40,000 bases of DNA from Geofilum sp. OHC36d9. Lineage in GTDB: Bacteria; Bacteroidota; Bacteroidia; Bacteroidales; Marinilabiliaceae. Positions 33,895 to 40,000 of this stretch are shown piece after piece (the stretch's first letter is position 1; each line of letters starts with the position of its first letter). Made by a program: the position numbers and the translations under genes. Location: NCBI GenBank assembly GCA_052400685.1, contig JBQTGJ010000020.1. One strand, 5' to 3'. The notes below the pieces were generated by a model, which was given only the letters and a program-made list of their open reading frames with translations, was not told the DNA's origin and ran no database searches.

Positions 33895-34356
33895 TTAAAT
33901 GACCAGTGTGCAATTGTTGAGAACAACATCCTGATATAATTCCATGTCAGTATCGTAGGATGCGCCGGCATTGATTACCCCTTTCACAGTAACGGTTGCT
34001 CCAGGGGAAAGCGCGACAACATCGCCACTGAATGTGCAGCTAACACCAGCCTTATCGTTTTTACCTTGGAGGATAATAACTTTCTTACCCGAAAAATCTT
34101 CGGCAATTTTGTGGATGGTACCGGTTACTTCCATAATTTTGGAGTCGCCATCGGATGCCAGATATTTTTCATTGGCCGCATCTGCATTTTCAAGATATTC
34201 GGCAACCAAAGCCTTAGCCGTTATCTGGTAATCGGTTTTAGCAGATTGTACATTGCGATGTGGCATATTAAACAGGTAGAAGCCTGTTGCCCCGGCAATT
34301 ATAATTCCGGCAACAGCAGTTATGATTCCAATTCGTATAATCTTTCTTCGTTTCAT
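33895..34356 (-). CDS. Membrane-anchored OB-fold protein (tRNA_anti-like family)
   Basis: N-terminal TM IGIITAVAGIIIAGATGFYLF, NMPHRNV, ...ANEKYL...IMEVTGTI..., typical of this Bacteroidota family. Confidence 0.55.
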   Translation of the reverse strand: MKRRKIIRIGIITAVAGIIIAGATGFYLFNMPHRNVQSAKTDYQITAKALVAEYLENADAANEKYLASDGDSKIMEVTGTIHKIAEDFSGKKVIILQGKNDKAGVSCTFSGDVVALSPGATVTVKGVINAGASYDTDMELYQDVVLNNCTLVI

Positions 34357-34482
34357 GTTCGTTTAATTTATTTTGTACCCAAACAGTCGGGGAAAAAGAA
34401 AAACCTGACATTTAAAATGATTTGTCCTGAAATATTTTCAGATGTATAGACGGCGTTTGCTTTCGATCCTGACAAAAGAAGT

Positions 34483-34791
34483 TTATAATTTTTCGAACGC
34501 CGATATCAGGAGTTCTTTTTTGACCAATCCATAGTGACTAATGAGCATGCGTCCTTCTTTGTAAATAACCAAATTAGGCACAGTTGCCAACTTCAGCTCT
34601 TTCACCAGCTTGTTGCTGGCATCGACGTTTATTTTCACAATGGTGATCAAATCCTTATACTCCGACCTCAGGCTGTCGATCATGGGCATCATTTGTCGGC
34701 AAGGCGCACACCACGGGGCGTAGAAGTCGAGATAGGAAACAACCAATGAAGCATCAGGAATGGCGCTATCAGTTAGCCCCGCCGTTTTCAA
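34483..34791 (-). CDS. Thioredoxin (WCAPC); start uncertain (TTG, no upstream ATG)
   Basis: VVSYLDFYAPWCAPCRQMMPMIDSL...VPNLVIYKEG. The frame is open upstream only to a TAA and contains no ATG. Confidence 0.6.
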   Translation of the reverse strand: MKTAGLTDSAIPDASLVVSYLDFYAPWCAPCRQMMPMIDSLRSEYKDLITIVKINVDASNKLVKELKLATVPNLVIYKEGRMLISHYGLVKKELLISAFEKL

Positions 34792-34882
34792 AGCATTGAG
34801 GTATTTATCTTCGTTGTATGCTTCGGGTGCAAATTAATTAACGTAACAGTTTATTCTTCGTAGAAAATGACTTTAATGCGGC

Positions 34883-35149
34883 TCATCTTAGCGTCTTTTC
34901 GGTGATTTGTTCAGGGCATTTACCGCGGTTGGCCAATATTGAAGAGTACAGCGAAACACAAAAGGGAACGAAAAATGTGAGCAGGACTTTGTAAAAATAC
35001 AGTCCGGTAAATGATAGTCTGAAAAGTTGGGGATTATTGATTAAATTAAGGATAATACCCACAATAACAGCCACGCTGATCGCCCTTTTAAACGATGCTT
35101 CAGTAATCAAACGTTTTTTTAAAATTGTTGTTGTCGAAGTTGTCCCCAT
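34883..35149 (-). CDS. Small membrane protein, NrtS-like
   Basis: AISVAVIVGIILNLINN...LLTFFVPFCVSLYSS resembles, from memory, the NrtS family pattern VVGTxLNLINQ...VPFxVSxY. Confidence 0.45.
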   Translation of the reverse strand: MGTTSTTTILKKRLITEASFKRAISVAVIVGIILNLINNPQLFRLSFTGLYFYKVLLTFFVPFCVSLYSSILANRGKCPEQITEKTLR

Positions 35150-35150
35150 T

Positions 35151-35414
35151 TTATTCTGTTTTAAGCTTCCTAATAATTTCCTGTTTCAGCTTTGATACAT
35201 CAACCTGAATAGCTTGATTTTTCAGATGTTTCTGAATGCCATGCTCTAAAACAGTACTTTGTTTCTCGTAGTCAGCGCAAGCCTTACACATCGATTTGTG
35301 TATTTTTAGTTGCAATCGCTCTGAAAACGAAAGCTTAAAATGGAATTGTTTTTCGATCAACTCAGTTGCCCTGAGACAAGACAAAAAGAGCAGGTGCATT
35401 ATTTTCGTCATCAT
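35151..35414 (-). CDS. Putative zinc-binding anti-sigma factor (HxxxCxxC motif)
   Basis: IHKSMCKAC fits H-x3-C-x2-C. Lies immediately downstream of the ECF sigma gene (12-nt gap). Confidence 0.5.
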   Translation of the reverse strand: MMTKIMHLLFLSCLRATELIEKQFHFKLSFSERLQLKIHKSMCKACADYEKQSTVLEHGIQKHLKNQAIQVDVSKLKQEIIRKLKTE

Positions 35415-35426
35415 AGTTTTTCAATT

Positions 35427-35978
35427 TTAATTGTACCAGTTCTTTTCAACACAATCACGCAACTGAAGTTTAGCCCTGTGTACTATCTGCCAAAAATTGG
35501 ACGGCGTGATTCCCAATTCCTGACAAATTTCTTCGCTATTTTTTTCCATCAGGTATTTCAATTTAACCGAAGTGTTCCACTTTTCAGGTAAAGCATCCAG
35601 ACACTTTTTTAATACTTGCTGAAATTCAGAGTCATCGAGCAGGTGCTCTTCAGCGTCGATGTGCCAGTCGTTTGGCTTTCGTTGCTCCTGCCAGCCTCCA
35701 TCGTGTTCAAAGAAGCTGGAAAAAGATTGATCATCAACAGATACGGTTTGGTGCACCTTTTTACGGTAATGATCGATGATTTTGTGATTTAGAATACTAA
35801 AGAGCCACGTTTTAGGAGAACTCTCTCCTTTAAATGAGTCCATTTTTTCGGTGGCCGAAAGGAAGGTATCCTGAACTAAGTCCATGGCCAGCTCACTGTT
35901 TGAAACCTTGTACAACGCCCATTTATAAAGGTCGGTAGTGTAGTTTTCTACCCATGTTGTTAGTAGATTAGTTGGCAT
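35427..35978 (-). CDS. ECF-type RNA polymerase sigma-70 family factor
   Basis: Region 2 DLVQDTFLSATEKMDSF...WLFSILNHKIIDHYRK. Region 4 EEICQELGITPSNFWQIVHRAKLQLR. Confidence 0.9.
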   Translation of the reverse strand: MPTNLLTTWVENYTTDLYKWALYKVSNSELAMDLVQDTFLSATEKMDSFKGESSPKTWLFSILNHKIIDHYRKKVHQTVSVDDQSFSSFFEHDGGWQEQRKPNDWHIDAEEHLLDDSEFQQVLKKCLDALPEKWNTSVKLKYLMEKNSEEICQELGITPSNFWQIVHRAKLQLRDCVEKNWYN

Positions 35979-36065
35979 GGTTCATTTTTTATTTTTAATT
36001 ATTCAACTTTTATTGTAAACTTTTACCCCTTCTATGCGGATAAAAAAGTGGAACAGTTTATTTAT

Positions 36066-36180
36066 AAATTTTCATCCCTATTGTCCGTAAAAAATAAGCT
36101 CTTCATTTAAGTGTTCAGGCCGCACTGGCTTTTTAACGGCAATTCCTTGAGGTGGAAAGCAACCCTAAGGTAACTCAAAA
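36066..36180 (+). repeat. REP-like repeat, left copy flanking the Y1-transposase pseudogene
   Basis: CTATTGTCCGTAAAAAATAAGCTCTTCATTTAAGTGTTCAGGCCGCACTGGCTTTTTAACGGCAATTCCTTGAGGTGGAAAGCAACCC matches 36799-36864 plus 37010-37050. Confidence 0.5.
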
Positions 36181-36294
36181 TTTTTGAACTCACTCGCATT
36201 AAAGTTGGGTTTTAATCGATTCCGAAGGGATGAAATAATGGTAGCAAATCGGACAACAAATTTATATAAATCCGGAAGTGGAGATATAATCAAT

Positions 36295-36746
36295 CTATTC
36301 AATCAAATAAATATTTTTCATTGTATTCAATTCAAATTTAAACAATTTCAAATATTCTTCTCTAAATGAATTTATTTTATGATGTTCGTCCTGATTCAAA
36401 ATATAGTTGTAGACATTCTCTATTTGTGAATGAGAATATGGAAAAGCTCCGTAACCCTCCTGCCAAAAAAATTTTCTTTCACCAATTTTCTATTATGAAT
36501 AAAATTAGATGCATTATTATTTATGTCTCGCACCAAGTCTTAAATAGCAATAGATGGTTTTAAACCAATAAAAGCATGAATATGATCAGCGATGCCATTT
36601 ACAATAATTGTTTTTTAACCTTTGTCTTTTATAATGCCCGAAATGTATTTATGCAATTCATTGCGCCATAATCTGGAAATCAGATTTCCTCTGCCTTTTA
36701 CGGCAAAAACAACTTGAATATAAATTGGTGAGAATGTTCCAGACAT
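36295..36746 (-). pseudogene. IS200/IS605-type Y1 (HUH) transposase, RAYT-like, inactivated
   Basis: Translation: MSGTFSPIYIQVVFAVKGRGNLISRLWRNELHKYISGIIKDKG*KTIIVNGIADHIHAFIGLKPSIAI*DLVRDINNNASNFIHNRKLVKENF[frameshift]WQEGYGAFPYSHSQIENVYNYILNQDEHH. It keeps the HUH (HIH) and Y motifs but has two in-frame stops and a -1 frameshift in the A7 run at 36465-36471. Confidence 0.75.
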
Positions 36747-36786
36747 ATATTCATTTTTTATTTCACCCCTTCGGCGTTGGGTTAAT

Positions 36787-37200
36787 CAATATTTATCACT
36801 ATTGTCCGGTAAAAAATATATTCTCCATTTAAGTGCTCAAGCCGCACCGGCTTTTACTTTTTTTCTACAGCAAAAAAAAGTAAACAAAAAATGCCGCCGC
36901 TGCAAGTAATTTCCTAAAAATCAATTTCATTGTCTAAAATCCGGGAACTCGCTTCGCTCAAACAGCCCGGATTTCTTTACGCCAATAAAATTGATTTTCT
37001 TAACGGAAATTTCTTGAGGCGGAAAGCAACCCCAATATCTCCTAAAATCTCTGACTATCACATTGGATCTGGGTTCTAATCATTTCTCTAAATTTTTACC
37101 GGACACCAATGAATATTTATATTCTTCTATAATCATATCATCCCTTCGGCGTTTGTGGATACTTTTATCATAGGACAATCATCATATTTCCCTTTCGGAG
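36787..37200 (+). repeat. REP-like repeat cluster, right side of the Y1-transposase pseudogene
   Basis: A second copy of the 36066-36180 unit, interrupted by a ~145-nt insert. It also carries several CCCTTCGG-type mini-hairpins (about 36767, 37143, 37190). The same motif is inverted at about 36214. Confidence 0.5.
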
Positions 37201-37223
37201 ACTGATTTTCTATTCTTTATTGA

Positions 37224-37787
37224 TTACTTAATCACAAAAGTTTTCATAATATCTTCTGCTACCGATACATATTTATCATATTGATTTAATTCACAGGTCA
37301 AAGTCAACACGTAAGCTTTTTTATTCTCAACCCAATAAAGTTGTTGCCATTTTAAATCAAATCGACCTTGCTTCCCTGTATAAATCACTTTTTGAAACGC
37401 CTTGTTTTTATGGGTTAATCTTTGGGACAATATTAAATTACCGTCTGTAATCATTGTCTTAATCTGTTCTTCTGAAATCTCAACATACTTATCAAGGTCA
37501 ATATTTTGTCCGGATAAATCTTGTATCAGCAAATTTATATTTTCTCTAAATGAGTCTTGTTGAGAAATTTGGTTCGATAATAGAATGAAACTCAACCCCA
37601 TTTGTCCAGATCTATCCAGATTAAAGGTATCGGGATACTGAATTGAATAATCGGACTCGTCAAGAGATATCCAACTTCCTGATGTTTCAGCTTTAACGTC
37701 TTTTTTTGACTCTATTTGAGAGGATTGTCCACAAGCAGCCAATGCCACTATCAAAGCGAAAAATCCAAATAGTTGTAATTGTCGCAT
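37224..37787 (-). CDS. Hypothetical lipoprotein
   Basis: MRQLQLFGFFALIVALAACGQSS (lipobox). 187 aa with no recognised domain. Confidence 0.6.
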   Translation of the reverse strand: MRQLQLFGFFALIVALAACGQSSQIESKKDVKAETSGSWISLDESDYSIQYPDTFNLDRSGQMGLSFILLSNQISQQDSFRENINLLIQDLSGQNIDLDKYVEISEEQIKTMITDGNLILSQRLTHKNKAFQKVIYTGKQGRFDLKWQQLYWVENKKAYVLTLTCELNQYDKYVSVAEDIMKTFVIK

Positions 37788-37935
37788 TTTATCTTCTTAA
37801 TTTTATTAATTGAAATTTTATCTATCTACTATTTCTTATTGACTTCGTTGCTTTCTGTAAAAACAAATACCGAATTTACGAATTCACTGATATTTACCAA
37901 AAAGGTTAATCAAAAATGGCTAATAATTAGATGGG

Positions 37936-38210
37936 GCTGCTTATAAAATTCATCTACTGCGTTGTGCTTGCTGTGATAATAAATATTTACTGGGGTCAAC
38001 TCATGTTTTCCGAGCCACACAAAACTTTAACAAGCCTTTAATTTGCAACATCTGATCCCGATGCATTTAGGCAAGTAGCATTTATGTGAGCGACCTTTTC
38101 AGGACGAAATATTTTATTCAATACCGTTTCCCAGAGTGTTGCCCTGGACTGAATTAATTTTCACTTTCAGTGCGAAAAGTGGCAGAAGCATGATTCTACG
38201 GATGTAGATC
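37936..38210 (+). repeat. Mosaic repeat M1+M2, divergent copy
   Basis: GCTTATAAAATTCATCTACTGCGTTGTGCTTGCT...GACCTTTTCAGGACGAAATATTTTATTCAATACCG...TCACTTTCAGTGCGAAAAGTGGCAGAAGCATGATTCTACGGATGTAGA is collinear with copies at 875 and 29128. Confidence 0.6.
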
Positions 38211-38265
38211 CAGCCCCACCGCGCTGGCTCTGATTTCGTATAAAACACAATATCTTACAGTACCC

Positions 38266-39904
38266 CTATTTTTCTTCTGGTCTAACATAATCCCAGTAAC
38301 ACCTTCCATTGAATTCAGAAGATGTAAGACACCGCAATTGTACCATTGAGGATTCACCACTATTAAAAACACCTTTAAACTCAACCCATTGGCCAACCTT
38401 GCTGTTCGCATCAAGCTCAAACCGACACGTCTTATCAAATGCACCATTGGTATCGAATATTGCTTTGCCAATGGTCCCCTTATCAACTTTTAACAATACA
38501 CTTAACTGGTAAATTGTATTTGGAGTAATCTGCACCTTTTGAATCTTCTCCTTTGGTCTTTCTGATCCTTTGTATTGCAATGAATAATAACCTTTTGCCG
38601 TATTGTCACGGCACCATGTATATGCTTTTGGAGATTTATCTACCCAAAATTTAATTTGATTTTGGGTAGCGAGCTCAAAGGATGAATTTTTGACCAGGTT
38701 ATTTATTTTTGCTTTATAAATTTTAAGTGAAGAAATTATATCGTTACAGCCTATTGCATTTAAGTCAATCCTGTCTTCCTGAAAAAGCCATGATTTCCCC
38801 TTAAAATCATCTTTTTCAAAACATTCGACCATATAACCTTCCGGCATTTGAATGGAGGATATTGCTTTAGGCGTAATACCACGTTTCAGCATTTCAGCCT
38901 GATTATATTCACCAACGGGTAAAGTTCCGAACATTTCATTAAAGTTAATGTCGTTATGAAAAGTTGGGAGTTTTACACCCAACGTCTGTTTTACCATTTG
39001 AATAGTACCGTCTTCATTAAAATAAACAGGGTCGAAGCAAATGGACCGTTGTGGCGCAATTCCTCCCGAAAGATTCCCGTTGTGATAAAAAATATACCAC
39101 TGGTCATTATATTCAACTATTGAACCATGCATGGTAATCACATCGGTATGCTCAAGAATCAGACCTTTGGGCTCCCATGGTCCTAATGGACTGTCACTCA
39201 TTGAATACTGCATTTGGTTGTAAGGCCGATGATGATCCGGGTAGATCATATAATATTTGCCTTTACGCTTGAACACAAACGGACCTTCGCGATGTTCGTC
39301 GACTCCGGTCTGATGAACCATTTCCCCTTCAATTTCCATCATATTATCTTTAAGTTTAGCGGCATAACACTTAGCATGCACAACCGCATAAAGATAAGCT
39401 TGTCCGTCATCGTCAATGAAAACAGATGGATCGCAAAAGGTCTCCCCCCCCTTTCACATATCCCTGTACTTTAAAATCAGAAGCAGGCATTTTGCTGGTT
39501 GCCACACCTATCTCCCAAACCATATCTGCATTTTTATGAGGGAAATAAAAAAAATAGATTCCATCGTTATAGACACAATCTGGGGCCCACATATAACCTC
39601 CTTTTTTGGTTCCCCAAGGAATATCCCTCGAATGAAGAATTTCGCCATGATCTTTCCAGGTCATCATGTCATTGGTTGAGAATACATGGTAGCCATCCAT
39701 TTTGGCATATCCCTTTGCGGGCGCAACATCAGTGGAAGGATAAACATACAAACGCCCGTCTTTCCAAACATGCGCCGATGCATCGGCTGTAAACATGTGA
39801 CTTACAACAGGGTTTGAACGACGATTTTGGGCGATAGAGAATATTCCAAATGCAAAAAATAAAATCAGTGAAAAGATTAAAAAATTATTGGTTTGGTTTT
39901 TCAT
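38266..39904 (-). pseudogene. Glycoside hydrolase family 43 with C-terminal CBM-like domain, reading frame broken in a G8 tract
   Basis: N-terminal ORF (39413-39904) has a signal peptide and WAPDCVY...GVATS. C-terminal ORF (38266-39381) has REGPFVFKRKGKYYMIY and ...NSSFE...W (CBM4_9-like). Reading through with 7 rather than 8 G restores ...YVKGGETFCDPSVFIDDDGQAYLYAVVHAK... Confidence 0.8.
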
Positions 39905-39921
39905 TTTTATGCTTTATTCTA

Positions 39922-39999
39922 CTATTTAATATCCACTGTCAAAAATATTTCTTGCTGCTCACGAACGACTTTCAACTTAAGCGGTGCGGATTGCTCACT
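39922..39999 (-). CDS. C-terminal 25 codons of an upstream gene running off the window
   Basis: Open frame SEQSAPLKLKVVREQQEIFLTVDIK* ending at TAG (39922-39924). Too short to identify. Confidence 0.25.
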   Translation of the reverse strand, partial: SEQSAPLKLKVVREQQEIFLTVDIK

Positions 40000-40000
40000 C

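Noticed and set aside
875-38210. Whether the recurring repeats could be a CRISPR array
   Set aside because: The units are 90-300 nt, mosaic, irregularly spaced and kilobases apart. There is no short repeat/spacer periodicity and there are no cas genes.

Overview
The window looks like a Bacteroidota chromosomal segment. This is inferred from a TAnnTTTG-type promoter motif, many lipoproteins, an ECF sigma factor and a GH43 gene.

- **Left arm (1-7.4 kb):** a partial VIT1-family transporter, dinB, and a NikR-headed metal-chelate-type ABC importer operon that ends in a TrmO-FmdE fusion gene.
- **7.4-15.9 kb, mobile-element graveyard:** an AAA-ATPase fragment, an IS91-family transposase remnant and an orphan AT-rich ORF. 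It also holds two group II introns in head-to-tail tandem, one with an RT/maturase and one ORF-less. A TonB-C-like gene is split by an intact IS21-family element with a 6-bp target duplication, and a second IS21-like remnant follows.
- **Core (16.1-28.2 kb, minus strand):** a tightly packed, visibly AT-rich ten-gene operon. It encodes a vWA-like lipoprotein, small membrane proteins, a tubulin/FtsZ-like GTPase and a 1116-aa protein with an actin/Hsp70-like ATPase domain. It also encodes a bitopic coiled-coil protein, a MotA/ExbB/ZorA-like channel protein with a long helical tail, two MotB/OmpA-like paralogs and a trypsin-like lipoprotein protease. The block is bracketed by near-identical direct copies of a mosaic repeat. 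It is the best candidate for an undescribed system: a Zorya-like stator coupled to a tubulin/actin-like pair.
- **Right arm:** a thiol-redox cluster behind an ECF sigma/ZAS-type anti-sigma pair, and a decayed IS200/RAYT-like Y1 transposase nested in REP-like repeats. A lipoprotein gene and a GH43 gene broken at a G8 homopolymer follow.
- **Throughout:** a hairpin-rich mosaic repeat family (modules X, M1, M2) occupies at least six intergenic sites.

All calls come from reading the sequence and the ORF track. No searches or computations were run, and repeat boundaries are approximate (about +/-10 nt).
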